From: an uncultured Alphaproteobacteria bacterium
Lineage (GTDB): Bacteria; Pseudomonadota; Alphaproteobacteria; RF32; CAG-239
Length of the DNA stretch: 64,000 nucleotides
Assembly: GCA_944392225.1 (NCBI GenBank)
Contig: CALXWB010000002.1
Location: 10,110 to 74,109, forward strand
Direction of reading: 5' to 3'
Shown: positions 15,745 through 26,004 of the stretch, one piece after another
Layout of the letters: each line of letters begins with the position of its first letter
Position numbering within the stretch: the stretch's first letter is position 1
Program-made: the position numbers and the translations under genes
Notes under the pieces: model-generated
What the model was told of the DNA's origin: nothing
What the model saw: the letters and a program-made list of their open reading frames with translations, nothing else
The model's database searches: none

Positions 15745-17634
15745 CTATATATCGCTCAAACCGGCTTCTTTATAGTCCACATTGATTTTGTAGTTAGAGC
15801 CATAAGCCTCAACCAAAGTATTGGCCGTTTCTTGAGAAAACTCGGCAGCATTTTTCATGCGCAAGGCATTAGCCTCTTCTGGGCTGAACTTTTTCTTGGC
15901 ATCAACAATTTTGCTGGCCACGGCAATGACGGTCACATTATCCGCGGCAAAGATTTTGGCGCTGTCCAAGGGTTCTTGGAACATTTCCTTCATCTGCAAG
16001 CCGTTGAGATTGGCAAAATTTTCATTGGCTTTGAGAGGTTTTGTTGTGTTGAGTTTGAGCTTGAATCGAGCAGCCACTTCATCAATTTTATCACCGTTTT
16101 CCAAATCATGGGTCACGTCATTGACAATCTCTTGCGCAATGGCAGAGCGCTCATTTTCGGCCCACATTTTTTCAATTTCGGGTTTAACTTCGTTGATATC
16201 AATGGGGTGAGATTCAACAATAGCATCCACATTAACAATGACAAAGCCGTCTTCTTCTTCCAAAACCTGGCTGACTTCATTAACATTATAAGAGAAGACG
16301 GTATCAATAAAATCGGTAGATTTAAGGAGTTTTTCCTGACCTTTGCTGATAGATTTTGCCTTGCCTTGGTCATCCAGGCCTTTAAGGGTATAAATTTTGG
16401 CATGATTGTCTTTGGCAATATCGGCAAAAGTTTTTCCGGCACCGATTTCATCTTCAATTTGGGCCACTTTTTCATAAGCCAAATCATAAGCTTTTTCTTT
16501 TCTGATATCGTCAATGATTTTTTTCTTGGCCTGAGCTTTAGGCATTTCTTTTTTAGCCTGCACGCCGATCATTTTCATGATATGCCAACCCATTTCCGAT
16601 TTAACCGGGCCGGCGATTTCGTTCATTTTGGCGGCAAACATGCGGTCTCCCATATCGGCGATGAGCTGGTCTTTGGCCACCCAGCCAAGCTCGGTATCTT
16701 GTTTGGTTTGTTTGGCCATATTTTGAGCCACGGTGTAAAAATCTTCACCGGCATTAAGTTTTTGCATAGCGGCAAAAGCATCATCTTCTTTATCAAACAC
16801 CATTTGCAAAATATTGCGTTTTTCCGGGGTGACAAATTGGTCAATATGTTCTTGATAATAGGTTTCAACTTCGTCATCGCTCGGGACAATTTGAGAAGCA
16901 ATATCATCAATGGAGAGCACAATGAAAGAAGCATCTCTTTTTTCAGGTTCGGTAAACTGAACAATAAAGTCTTGATAATATTGTTCCAGCTCGTCTTGAG
17001 AGATTGATCTGTCAACGGCGAGTTTATCGGCATCAATGGTAATATATTTGAAAACCTTTTGTTGGTTGGCCACTTTTTCCAAAAAAGGCAGCATGAAGCT
17101 GGGTGTGTTAAAAGCCTCAACCATACTTTGCACCAAATGCTGTTTAACAATATCTTGTTTCAAGGTTTGGATATATTTTTCTTCGCTCCAGCCGGAGAGG
17201 GCGAGCAAGCGGTTAAATTTTTCATGATTAAATTGTCCGTCAGCACCCAAAAATTCAGCCTGAGAGAAGATAATTTTTCTGACATAATTATCGCTGATGC
17301 TCACGCCCAAATCCAGAGATGTTTGTTGCATAATGGCATTAACGAGTTCTTTTTGGATGATATTTTGCAAAATGGCGGTTTTCATGGCATCGTTGATTTC
17401 GAGGTTATCGCCGAAGAGGTTTTTGGCCATTTGCAGCTCATGATTAAATTCGGCATTAAGTTCGGCTTTTTTGACATTAACGGAGCCCACTTCGATCACG
17501 GGTTCATTTTGGCCGGCCGCTCCGATATATCCAGTAATTCCGAACAAAGAGACAAAGCTCAAAGCCGTGAGGGTCAACAAAATTTTAATAATCCAAGAAT
17601 CTTTAAATTTGGACAATTTGGTAATCATTTTCAT
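15745..17634 (-). CDS. ppiD: Periplasmic chaperone / peptidyl-prolyl isomerase PpiD
   Basis: 629 aa. It has an N-terminal anchor (WIIKILLTLTALSFVSLFGITGY), SurA-like N domain and a parvulin-like segment (GPVKSEMGWHIMK). Its position next to tpiA-secG-pyrG matches other Alphaproteobacteria. Confidence 0.85.
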   Translation of the reverse strand: MKMITKLSKFKDSWIIKILLTLTALSFVSLFGITGYIGAAGQNEPVIEVGSVNVKKAELNAEFNHELQMAKNLFGDNLEINDAMKTAILQNIIQKELVNAIMQQTSLDLGVSISDNYVRKIIFSQAEFLGADGQFNHEKFNRLLALSGWSEEKYIQTLKQDIVKQHLVQSMVEAFNTPSFMLPFLEKVANQQKVFKYITIDADKLAVDRSISQDELEQYYQDFIVQFTEPEKRDASFIVLSIDDIASQIVPSDDEVETYYQEHIDQFVTPEKRNILQMVFDKEDDAFAAMQKLNAGEDFYTVAQNMAKQTKQDTELGWVAKDQLIADMGDRMFAAKMNEIAGPVKSEMGWHIMKMIGVQAKKEMPKAQAKKKIIDDIRKEKAYDLAYEKVAQIEDEIGAGKTFADIAKDNHAKIYTLKGLDDQGKAKSISKGQEKLLKSTDFIDTVFSYNVNEVSQVLEEEDGFVIVNVDAIVESHPIDINEVKPEIEKMWAENERSAIAQEIVNDVTHDLENGDKIDEVAARFKLKLNTTKPLKANENFANLNGLQMKEMFQEPLDSAKIFAADNVTVIAVASKIVDAKKKFSPEEANALRMKNAAEFSQETANTLVEAYGSNYKINVDYKEAGLSDI

Positions 17635-17836
17635 CCACCTTTATTATAGAGTAAAAATTCAAATATTGCGGCAATTATAAAACATTTTTGCAAGATGTCT
17701 TTATAATATTTAAAGTAATACACGAAAATCTTTACAAAATAATGGTGTTAAAAAGTTTTTTTAGCTGGAAAATTAAAATTTCTTATGCTAAATAGAAGTC
17801 AAATGTGTTTTTATATGTAAAATAAAGGATATGAAA

Positions 17837-18598
17837 ATGGCTAGAAAAACGATGATTGCCGGAAACTGGAAGATGAATGGTCTTCTTGAAGACGGTGTTG
17901 CATTGGCAAAAGGTGTTGCCGCAGAAGTTAAAAAGATGGGAAAACCTGAATGTGAGTTTTTGGTTTGCCCGCCGTTCACATTGCTAACTTCGGTTAAAAA
18001 AGCTTTGCGCGGGGCCAAAGTTGCCTTGGGCGCACAAGATTGTCACTTTGCGGAAAAAGGCGCCCACACGGGAGACATCAGCCCGGTTATGTTGAAAGAT
18101 TTGGGTTGTCAATATGTCATCACCGGTCACTCGGAAAGAAGAGCCGACCATGGTGAAAGCAACGAGCTCGTTTGCAAAAAGTCGCAAGCAGCCATTGATG
18201 CCGGCTTGAAAGTCATTATTTGTATTGGCGAGACCTTGGCTGAGCGCGATGCCAGCAAAACTATTGATGTTTGCACTAAACAAATTTTGGGTTCTGTGCC
18301 GGAAACAGCCACAGCCGCAAACACCGTGATTGCTTATGAGCCGGTTTGGGCCATTGGCACCGGCAAAACACCGACAGCCAAAGATGTTGAAGAAGTTCAT
18401 GCCGCCGTAAGAAAAGTTTTGGCCAAAAAATTGGGCAAAGGCAATGCCAACAAAATGCGCATTTTGTATGGCGGTTCTGTCAAACCGGCAAATGCCAAAG
18501 AGTTTTTATCTTTGCCTGATGTCGATGGTGCATTGATTGGCGGCGCCAGCTTGAAAGTTGAAGACTTTATCGCCATTGCCAAAAATGCCGGATTTTAG
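17837..18598 (+). CDS. tpiA: Triosephosphate isomerase
   Basis: Motifs are MIAGNWKMNG, GHSERR and AYEPVWAIGTG. ATG 17837 has better RBS spacing than ATG 17831. Confidence 0.95.
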   Translation: MARKTMIAGNWKMNGLLEDGVALAKGVAAEVKKMGKPECEFLVCPPFTLLTSVKKALRGAKVALGAQDCHFAEKGAHTGDISPVMLKDLGCQYVITGHSERRADHGESNELVCKKSQAAIDAGLKVIICIGETLAERDASKTIDVCTKQILGSVPETATAANTVIAYEPVWAIGTGKTPTAKDVEEVHAAVRKVLAKKLGKGNANKMRILYGGSVKPANAKEFLSLPDVDGALIGGASLKVEDFIAIAKNAGF

Positions 18599-18619
18599 TT
18601 TGAGAAAAGGATAAGAAAC

Positions 18620-18940
18620 ATGGGAACAGTTTTATTGGTTATCCATTTGATTGTGGCCATCTTTTTGGTTGCCGTGATTTTGTTGCAACGCTCCACCGGC
18701 GGTGCCTTGGATGGTTTGGGCGGCGGCAGCGGCGCCAGCAGCTTTTTGTCAGCCCGAGGCAAAGGCAACTTGCTGACACGCTTGACGGCAATTTTAGCCA
18801 CGATTTTTATTATCACAAGTATATCATTATCCATCTACCACAAAGGATATGAGCGCAAATCGGGTTCAATCCTTGAGGTTGAAACCTCTGCTCCCGCAGC
18901 TGAAAATTCGGAACCTCAAGCTCCGGTCGCGGCAGATTAA
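18620..18940 (+). CDS. secG: Preprotein translocase subunit SecG
   Basis: Motif LLVIHLIVAIFLVAVILLQRSTGGALDGLGGG is followed by a second TM helix. It is in the conserved position between tpiA and pyrG. Confidence 0.9.
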   Translation: MGTVLLVIHLIVAIFLVAVILLQRSTGGALDGLGGGSGASSFLSARGKGNLLTRLTAILATIFIITSISLSIYHKGYERKSGSILEVETSAPAAENSEPQAPVAAD

Positions 18941-18960
18941 TGAAAAGCTTAGTTAACATA

Positions 18961-18988
18961 GAGGCACCTTTTTTAAGGAAGGTGCCTC
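18961..18988 (+). terminator. Strong hairpin after secG (terminator-like, weak T-run)
   Basis: gaggcacctt (18961-18970) pairs with aaggtgcctc (18979-18988). Confidence 0.45.
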
Positions 18989-19014
18989 TCTCACTTTAAA
19001 AATAAGGAAAAAAT

Positions 19015-20652
19015 ATGTCTGAAAATACAAAATTTATCTTCATCACCGGCGGTGTTGTGTCATCTTTGGGAAAAGGTTTGGCATCGGCATCTTTGGCATC
19101 AATTTTGCAATCCAGAGGTTTCAAGGTCAGAATGCGCAAGCTGGACCCATATTTGAACGTTGACCCCGGCACCATGAGCCCATATCAGCATGGTGAGGTT
19201 TATGTGACCGATGATGGTGCTGAAACCGACCTGGATTTAGGTCACTATGAGCGTTTTTCCGGCGTTTCTTGCCACAAAACGGATAGCATCACCACCGGCA
19301 AAATTTATCAACGCGTGATAGACAAAGAGCGCCATGGCGATTATTTGGGCGCCACCATTCAGGTTATTCCGCATGTAACAAATGAGATTAAAGACTTTAT
19401 TTTGTCAGATATCACGGATGAAGACTTTGTTTTGTGCGAAATTGGCGGCACGGTTGGTGATATTGAAGGTCAGCCATATTTGGAAGCCATACGTCAGGTG
19501 GCTTATGACTTGGGCAAAGAAAGAGCCATGTTCATCCACGTAACCTTGTTGCCCTATATTCCGACGGCAGGCGAGCTCAAGACCAAGCCGACGCAACACT
19601 CGGTTAAAAAGCTGCAAGAATATGGAATCCAGCCGGATATGTTGCTTTGTCGTTCTCAATGCCCCATTCCGCAAAATGAAAAGAAGAAAATTGCTTTGTT
19701 CTGCAACATCAGAGAAGAGAATGTGATTGCCGCCTTGGATGTGGATAATATCTATCAAGTGCCGATTGCTTATTCTCATGAAGGCATGGACAAGCAAGTT
19801 TGCAAACATTTTGGCATAGAATGTGACGGCGAGCCTGATTTGAGCAAATGGGAAAAAATTGTGGATGTTATCCGTCATCCGCAAGGAGAGGTCAAAATTG
19901 CCGTTGTCGGAAAATATATGCAGCTTTTGGAAGCTTATAAGTCCATTCACGAGGCGCTTGTTCACGGCGGCATTGCCAACAAATATAAGGTCAAAATCAA
20001 ATGGGTTGACTCAGAGTTGTTGGAAAAAAGCGAGCCGGACATTTATTTGTCGGATGTATCTGGTATTTTGGTGCCGGGTGGCTTTGGTCAACGCGGAACC
20101 AATGGCAAGATAGAAGCCGTGAAATATGCCCGTGAAAATAATATTCCGTTTTTGGGTATTTGTTATGGTATGCAAATGGCCGTGATTGAGACCATGCGCG
20201 ATGTGGCAGGAGTTGCCAATGCTTACACAACAGAGTTGAACCCCAATTGTGAACCTGTTGTCGGCTTGATGACCGAATGGGAAAAAGACGGAGACAAAGA
20301 AAAACGTTCTCAAGACGGAGATTTGGGCGGCACCATGCGTTTGGGCGCATATCCTTGTGTGTTAGCCAAAGATTCGTTGGCCCGCAAAATCTATGGCACG
20401 GATAAAATTTCCGAGCGCCACCGCCATAGATATGAAGTCAATATGAAATATGAAAAGCAGTTAAATGATGCCGGCATGGTCATTACCGGAAAATCTCCCG
20501 ACGGCAGATTGCCTGAGATTGTGGAAATTCCGGCACATCCATGGTTCATCGGTGTTCAGTTCCACCCGGAACTCAAATCCAGACCGTTTGACCCGCACCC
20601 GTTGTTTGTCTCTTTTGTCAAAGCGGCAATAGATAAACAAAACAAAAAATAA
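19015..20652 (+). CDS. pyrG: CTP synthase
   Basis: Motifs are [16 protein letters not shown], the glutamine amidotransferase signature GICYGMQ, and HRHRYEVN. Confidence 0.97.
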   Translation: MSENTKFIFITGGVVSSLGKGLASASLASILQSRGFKVRMRKLDPYLNVDPGTMSPYQHGEVYVTDDGAETDLDLGHYERFSGVSCHKTDSITTGKIYQRVIDKERHGDYLGATIQVIPHVTNEIKDFILSDITDEDFVLCEIGGTVGDIEGQPYLEAIRQVAYDLGKERAMFIHVTLLPYIPTAGELKTKPTQHSVKKLQEYGIQPDMLLCRSQCPIPQNEKKKIALFCNIREENVIAALDVDNIYQVPIAYSHEGMDKQVCKHFGIECDGEPDLSKWEKIVDVIRHPQGEVKIAVVGKYMQLLEAYKSIHEALVHGGIANKYKVKIKWVDSELLEKSEPDIYLSDVSGILVPGGFGQRGTNGKIEAVKYARENNIPFLGICYGMQMAVIETMRDVAGVANAYTTELNPNCEPVVGLMTEWEKDGDKEKRSQDGDLGGTMRLGAYPCVLAKDSLARKIYGTDKISERHRHRYEVNMKYEKQLNDAGMVITGKSPDGRLPEIVEIPAHPWFIGVQFHPELKSRPFDPHPLFVSFVKAAIDKQNKK

Positions 20653-20660
20653 GCAAACAG

Positions 20661-20688
20661 AGCCCTCCGTAAAAGGAGGGCTTTTTTT
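20661..20688 (+). terminator. Rho-independent terminator after pyrG
   Basis: agccctcc (20661-20668) pairs with ggagggct (20675-20682), followed by TTTTTTT. Confidence 0.75.
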
Positions 20689-20753
20689 GTTGCAAAAAAG
20701 AAAAAAAATGATATAAAGAAGCCCTAAAATTAATTATTAAAATTTATATACAT

Positions 20754-21839
20754 ATGAAAAAAGACACAGTTCAAAAGGTTTATGAAGAGTATAGATACTT
20801 TTCAGACTGTTTTGATTTAAGATCAGATTCCAGATTGGATAAAATGATATATCTGATTAAAGGAATCGATGAAACAAGCAAGCGAATAGCTTCAAAAATC
20901 AGAGAGAGCCACGCTTTTTACAGCACATATCACATTGGTCTGAACTTATGCGAGCCACCCGATGAAAGACAGCTCAAAAAGTTCATATCTTCGGTGGATG
21001 TGTTGGGCTTGCATGGGCAGGGCATGCTGATTGCCGATGAAGGCTTCTACAAAGCTTTGATTGAAAAGCACCCCGAGCTGGAAAACAAATTATCTTTGGT
21101 TTGCCCGGATTATGATGCCGACTATATCAAACTGATGGTAGGGCTAAATATCGGCAAGCAATATCCGTTGCGTGTCAGAGCCTTAAAAAATACGACCGAC
21201 CAAACAGAAAGAATCAACAAATATTATACCAATATCATGCCTTTTGATGTGCTGATATTGCCTTCTGTTGAAAGTTTGGCAAGTTTGGTGAGTGCGGCAT
21301 ATATTTATCAAGAGATAAAGTTGCGTCACAATCTTCAAGCCAAGGTTTTTGTTATGAGTTCGGGAAAAATCGGCACGGAAAAGGAAATAGCGGCAAGGCT
21401 TTTGAGCAAGCTTTATATTGAAGACTTTTCTTTTATAGATCAGTCAGACAAGCAAGGCTTGCAAAAGGTGGTAGAAAATCAACGTGTTTTGTTTATCACG
21501 CCGCAAAGAAGTTCTTTGCAAAAATATCACGAGGTGGAAGAGCTGCATACGCAAACAAGGTTTTTTTCAAACTTTTATGTGGTTGAAGAAAATTTGTCCG
21601 AGCTTTTACATGCCCCGGAATATAATCATGCGGATGTGTTGCAAGATATGTTAGATGGTCTGTCTTCGGTTTTTCAATCGCCGGAAGTTCTTTCATTTAA
21701 AAGGCATTTGAAAAAAAGCCAAAAAGAGCTGGGTGAAAAAGATAAAAGCGAACAAGAAAAAGCCATTGATGAAAAAGCAAAAGATCTGATGGAAAAACAT
21801 CAGGTTTATTTGCGGCACTTGTTCAAAGTGCCAAATTAA
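20754..21839 (+). CDS. Hypothetical protein (361 aa), no recognised domain
   Basis: It is a single long ORF bracketed by its own terminators and sits between pyrG and kdsA. Confidence 0.55.
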   Translation: MKKDTVQKVYEEYRYFSDCFDLRSDSRLDKMIYLIKGIDETSKRIASKIRESHAFYSTYHIGLNLCEPPDERQLKKFISSVDVLGLHGQGMLIADEGFYKALIEKHPELENKLSLVCPDYDADYIKLMVGLNIGKQYPLRVRALKNTTDQTERINKYYTNIMPFDVLILPSVESLASLVSAAYIYQEIKLRHNLQAKVFVMSSGKIGTEKEIAARLLSKLYIEDFSFIDQSDKQGLQKVVENQRVLFITPQRSSLQKYHEVEELHTQTRFFSNFYVVEENLSELLHAPEYNHADVLQDMLDGLSSVFQSPEVLSFKRHLKKSQKELGEKDKSEQEKAIDEKAKDLMEKHQVYLRHLFKVPN

Positions 21840-21848
21840 GGTCAAAAA

Positions 21849-21883
21849 AACGTCAAAAGAATAAAATCTTTTGGCGTTTTTTT
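21849..21883 (+). terminator. Rho-independent terminator
   Basis: aacgtcaaaaga pairs with tcttttggcgtt (one mismatch), followed by a T-run. Confidence 0.65.
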
Positions 21884-21971
21884 GTTTTTAAGTTGATTAA
21901 AATCGTTGCGAAGATAAGAGTTTTTTGCTATGGAGAAATGTATATGTTGCAACATTTAAGGAAATATAAGA

Positions 21972-22817
21972 ATGGAACAAAGAACAATCAAAATCGGAAA
22001 ATTTGAGATTGCCAACAACTTGCCTTTAGCCATCATTGCCGGTCCGTGCCAAATTGAGAGTCACGACCATGCGATGATGATTGCCGAAGAAATGGTCAAA
22101 ATCACGCGTGAGCATGGCATTAATTATATTTTCAAGGCCTCTTTTGACAAAGCCAACCGCACCTCGATTAACGGTGCCAGAGGCGTGGGCTTGGAAGAAG
22201 GTATGAGAACTTTTGATGATATTAAAAAACGTTTTCCCGATTTGCCGATTGTCACCGACATCCATGAAAAAGAGCAATGTGTGATAGCTGCTCAACATGT
22301 AGATATGTTGCAAATTCCGGCATTTTTGTGCCGTCAGACCGATTTGGTGGTGGCTGCGGCCAAAACAGGTAAGGTGGTTAATATCAAAAAAGGCCAGTTT
22401 TTAGCCCCCTGGGATATGAAAAACATTGTCAAAAAATGCGATGATTCCGGCAATCATAATGTTTGCCTGACCGAGCGCGGTGCCTCTTTTGGCTATAATA
22501 CCTTGGTCACGGATATGCGAAGCTTTCCGCAAATGGCAAACGATACCGGCTGCCCGGTGATTATGGATGCCACCCATGCCGTGCAACAACCGGGCGGATT
22601 GGGCGGAAGTACCGGCGGCCAAAGAGAGTTTGCTCCGGTTTTGGCAAGAGCGGCCGTGGCCGTTGGTGTTGCCGCTGTGTTCATGGAAACGCATGATAAC
22701 CCGGATAAGGCTTTGTCGGACGGTCCCAACACCATTGCGTTGAAAGATATGAAGAGAGTGATTTCCGAGCTGATGGCTTACGACAAAATCACCAAAGAAA
22801 TGGTAAAACCTTATTAA
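21972..22817 (+). CDS. kdsA: 3-deoxy-8-phosphooctulonate (KDO-8-P) synthase
   Basis: Motifs are IAGPCQIES, FKASFDKANRTS, LQIPAFLCRQTDL and DATHAVQQPGG. Confidence 0.95.
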   Translation: MEQRTIKIGKFEIANNLPLAIIAGPCQIESHDHAMMIAEEMVKITREHGINYIFKASFDKANRTSINGARGVGLEEGMRTFDDIKKRFPDLPIVTDIHEKEQCVIAAQHVDMLQIPAFLCRQTDLVVAAAKTGKVVNIKKGQFLAPWDMKNIVKKCDDSGNHNVCLTERGASFGYNTLVTDMRSFPQMANDTGCPVIMDATHAVQQPGGLGGSTGGQREFAPVLARAAVAVGVAAVFMETHDNPDKALSDGPNTIALKDMKRVISELMAYDKITKEMVKPY

Positions 22818-22820
22818 GAG

Positions 22821-23537
22821 ATGAAATTCAGCGACGAAGGCTATATCATCAATGTGAAAAGGCACGGCGAAAGCTCGGCCATTTTGAGCATTGTCAGCAA
22901 AGAGCATGGCAAGGTTGTAGGCTATGTAAAAAATGCCCTGACCAAAAAAAATTTAGGCGTTTATCAGCTGGGCAATAAGGTCAGCTTTGAAGCTTATGCC
23001 CGGGTTGATGAAAATATGCTGAGTTTGAAAGTGGAACTGATAAGCCCCGATGCCGTTAATTTCATTGCCGAAATGCCCAAATTGGAAACCTTGGCGGCAA
23101 TGTGCGGTTTGTGCAACGTCTGCATGCCCGAGCGGTTGGCTTTGGATAGGTTATATTACTATATCGAGAGCTTTTTCGGGCTGATAAATCAAAAAAATTG
23201 GCTGGCAAATTATGCTTTTTTTGAGTTTCATCTGTTGGACTTTTTGGGCATATCGCTTGATTTGAGTGAGTGTTCGGCCACCGGCACGACCGAAAATCTG
23301 CGCTATGTTTCACCCAAAACCGGCAAGGCGGTATGCGCTGAAGCCGGCGCACCTTATAAGGACAGATTGTTTAGTTTTCCACAGTTTATCGTGGAGCAAA
23401 ATTATGAGCCAAGCCCTGAAGAAATAAGGGATTTGCTCAAAATGACCGAGTTTTTTTTGAACAAGAACTTTTTTCAAACTCACGGCTTGAAATTGCCGCC
23501 AAATCGTGCTAATTTGCTTGAAAATTTAGAGTTATAA
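22821..23537 (+). CDS. recO: DNA repair protein RecO
   Basis: The start [28 protein letters not shown] fits an OB-fold and a Cys-containing middle region follows. It lies immediately upstream of parC, as in many Alphaproteobacteria. Confidence 0.85.
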   Translation: MKFSDEGYIINVKRHGESSAILSIVSKEHGKVVGYVKNALTKKNLGVYQLGNKVSFEAYARVDENMLSLKVELISPDAVNFIAEMPKLETLAAMCGLCNVCMPERLALDRLYYYIESFFGLINQKNWLANYAFFEFHLLDFLGISLDLSECSATGTTENLRYVSPKTGKAVCAEAGAPYKDRLFSFPQFIVEQNYEPSPEEIRDLLKMTEFFLNKNFFQTHGLKLPPNRANLLENLEL

Positions 23538-23548
23538 CGGAAAAAATT

Positions 23549-25780
23549 ATGGAAGCAGTTGAAGAAAAAATCAAAGACGTTCACTTGGCGGAAGAGTTAA
23601 GCAACCGCTATTTGTCTTATGCCATGTCCACCATTGTTGACCGCGCTTTGCCTGATGTCAGAGACGGGTTGAAGCCGGTGCACCGCCGCTTGCTATATGC
23701 CATGCGCCAGTTGCACTTGGACCCCAAATCCGGCTTTAAGAAATGCGCGCGTGTGGTTGGTGATGTGATTGGTAAATATCACCCGCATGGTGATACGGCG
23801 GTGTATGGTGCTATGGTGCGTTTGGCACAAGACTTTTCGGTGCGCTATCCGCTGGTTGACGGGCAGGGCAACTTTGGTAATATTGACGGAGACGGCGCCG
23901 CCGCCATGCGTTATACCGAAGCCAGGTTGACCGAGTTTGCCATTGCCATGATGGAAGGCTTGAATGAAGATGCCGTCGATTTTCGCGATACTTACGACGG
24001 TGAAGAAAGTGAGCCGGTAGTAATGCCTTCCATGGTGCCGAATTTGTTGTGCAACGGTTCGGTCGGTATTGCCGTCGGTATGGCTACAAATATACCGCCG
24101 CATAATTTGAGCGAAGTTTGCGATGCACTGCTGTATTTGATTGAAAATCCCGATTGCGGCATGGAACCTTTGGTCAAAAGAATCAAAGGTCCCGATTTTC
24201 CGACCGGCGGAATCATCATTGATAAATTTTCTTCCATTTTAGATACTTATACGCAAGGCAAAGGCACTTTCCGCATTCGTGCCAAATGGGAGAAAGAAGA
24301 TTTGGGCCACGGTCAATATCAAATCGTGGTAACCGAAATTCCTTATCAGGTGATAAAATCTAAGCTGATTGAGAAAATCGCCTCCCTGTTGATGGAAAAG
24401 AAACTCCCGATGTTAAACGATATCAGAGATGAATCTTCTCATGACGTGCGCATTGTGCTGGAACCAAAGAACAGAACCGTGGATGCTGCTTTGTTGATGG
24501 AACATCTGTTCAAGCAGACAGATTTGGAAGTCCGCTTCACCATGAACATGAACGTGCTTGATTCAGACACCGTGCCGAGAGTAATGAGCATTAAGGAAGT
24601 TTTGTCCGAGTTTTTGAACCATAGACACAATGTCTTAAAGCGCCGCGTTAACTTCCGTTTGAACAAAATTTTGGCAAGAATGGAGCTTTTGAGCGGATAC
24701 TTGATTGCTTATCTCAACTTGGATGAAGTGATTAGGATTATCCGTGAAGAAGATGACCCCAAAGCCGAGTTGATGAAAAAATTTGAGCTGACAGACAATC
24801 AGGCCGAAGCCATTTTGAATATGAAATTACGTTCTTTGCGCAAGTTGGAAGAAATGGAAATCAGAAAAGAATATGATGATTTGTCAGCCGAAAAAGGCGA
24901 GTTAGAGGCATTGCTCAGTGATGAACACAAACGCTGGGAAGCAATTGCAAATGAGATTAAATTAACCAAAGAAAAATTTGGTAAGAAAACTGCTTTGGGC
25001 AAACGCAGAACCGAATTTGCCGAAATTTCCGAAGAAATAGACGTGCCGGTTGAAGCCTTTATTGAAAAAGAGCCGATAACCGTGATTCTGTCACAAAAAG
25101 GCTGGATTAGAGCGCTGAAAGGCTACAGCAATTTGAATGAAGAGTTTAAGTTCAAAGACGATGATGCTTTGCTTGCAGTCATCCATGCTCAAACCACCGA
25201 TAAAATCATTTTGTTTGATACTTCGGGCAAGTTCTTCACCATTCCCGCCAATGAGATTCCTTGCGGACGTGGCTTTGGCCAGCCTCTGCGTTTGATGATA
25301 GATTTAGGGATTAATGATAACATCACCGAGATGTTTGTCTTTGACCCCAAAGCCAAATATCTGATTGCCTCCAACACCGGCCGCGGTTTTGTCGTGGATG
25401 AAAACCACATTTTGGCGCAAACCCGCAACGGCCGCAAGATTATGAATTTGGAAGACGGCGAATATACCAAGTTCTGCAAGAGAATGGATGGTGATATGGT
25501 GGCCGTAATCGGTGATAACCGCAAACTTTTGGTCTTTAAGGCAGAAGAAGTGCCGAGCATGGCCAGAGGTCGGGGCGTATCCTTGCAAAAATACAAAGAC
25601 GGCGGCTTGAGCGATATCCAAATCTTTAACGAGAGTGAAGGCTTTACCTATAATCGCGCCGGCGGAACCAAAACCGAAACCGAGTTACTGACCTGGCTCG
25701 GACACCGCGCCCAAGTGGGTAAACTGGCGCCGTTCGGCTTCCCAAAAAACAACAAATTTTTGAAAGAAAACAAGGAGTAA
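23549..25780 (+). CDS. parC: DNA topoisomerase IV subunit A
   Basis: Motifs are [33 protein letters not shown] and AAAMRYTE (catalytic Tyr). At 743 aa with a short C-terminal domain it fits ParC rather than GyrA. Confidence 0.9.
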   Translation: MEAVEEKIKDVHLAEELSNRYLSYAMSTIVDRALPDVRDGLKPVHRRLLYAMRQLHLDPKSGFKKCARVVGDVIGKYHPHGDTAVYGAMVRLAQDFSVRYPLVDGQGNFGNIDGDGAAAMRYTEARLTEFAIAMMEGLNEDAVDFRDTYDGEESEPVVMPSMVPNLLCNGSVGIAVGMATNIPPHNLSEVCDALLYLIENPDCGMEPLVKRIKGPDFPTGGIIIDKFSSILDTYTQGKGTFRIRAKWEKEDLGHGQYQIVVTEIPYQVIKSKLIEKIASLLMEKKLPMLNDIRDESSHDVRIVLEPKNRTVDAALLMEHLFKQTDLEVRFTMNMNVLDSDTVPRVMSIKEVLSEFLNHRHNVLKRRVNFRLNKILARMELLSGYLIAYLNLDEVIRIIREEDDPKAELMKKFELTDNQAEAILNMKLRSLRKLEEMEIRKEYDDLSAEKGELEALLSDEHKRWEAIANEIKLTKEKFGKKTALGKRRTEFAEISEEIDVPVEAFIEKEPITVILSQKGWIRALKGYSNLNEEFKFKDDDALLAVIHAQTTDKIILFDTSGKFFTIPANEIPCGRGFGQPLRLMIDLGINDNITEMFVFDPKAKYLIASNTGRGFVVDENHILAQTRNGRKIMNLEDGEYTKFCKRMDGDMVAVIGDNRKLLVFKAEEVPSMARGRGVSLQKYKDGGLSDIQIFNESEGFTYNRAGGTKTETELLTWLGHRAQVGKLAPFGFPKNNKFLKENKE

Positions 25781-25783
25781 GCA

Positions 25784-25812
25784 AGGCAGGCTCAAAGCCT
25801 GCTTTTGCTTTT
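25784..25812 (+). terminator. Rho-independent terminator after parC
   Basis: aggcaggc pairs with gcctgctt and is followed by a T-rich run. Confidence 0.55.
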
Positions 25813-25822
25813 TATATAAAAA

Positions 25823-26002
25823 ATGTCTGAGATATTGTTTGAATATGTCCGCCAGGGCCAATATATAAAAGTAAGTGCCATTGAGCCGGAAACCAAAACC
25901 GAGGTTTGCGTTGTGGTGCCTCTGGGCTTGAGTGAGCAACAAATGCAGATTCAAGCCTTGAAAAAGTTGCAATATGTGTTGAAGAAAAAAGAGGAAGAAT
26001 AA
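25823..26002 (+). CDS. Small conserved protein (59 aa), alphaproteobacterial DUF6898-like (family name from memory)
   Basis: My translation is MSEILFEYVRQGQYIKVSAIEPETKTEVCVVVPLGLSEQQMQIQALKKLQYVLKKKEEE. It falls below the 60-aa cut-off of the track. The stop is at 26000-26002, 2 nt before the fhs start. Confidence 0.6.
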   Translation: MSEILFEYVRQGQYIKVSAIEPETKTEVCVVVPLGLSEQQMQIQALKKLQYVLKKKEEE

Positions 26003-26004
26003 AG

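Noticed and set aside
15832-17007. 391-aa ORF antisense to ppiD. Similar long shadows are 9145..9666 (opposite rbr), 51266..52021 (opposite galE), 22401..22907 (opposite kdsA/recO), 14484..15011 and 15008..15529.
   Set aside because: The same codon-bias artefact applies. Composition is F/I/G/H/N-rich and unlike real proteins. Each overlaps a gene with clear family motifs on the other strand.
25781-26004. ZTP (pfl) or other folate-related riboswitch upstream of fhs.
   Set aside because: The interval is fully occupied by the parC terminator and the 59-aa ORF. No room or conserved pfl-like pseudoknot elements were seen.
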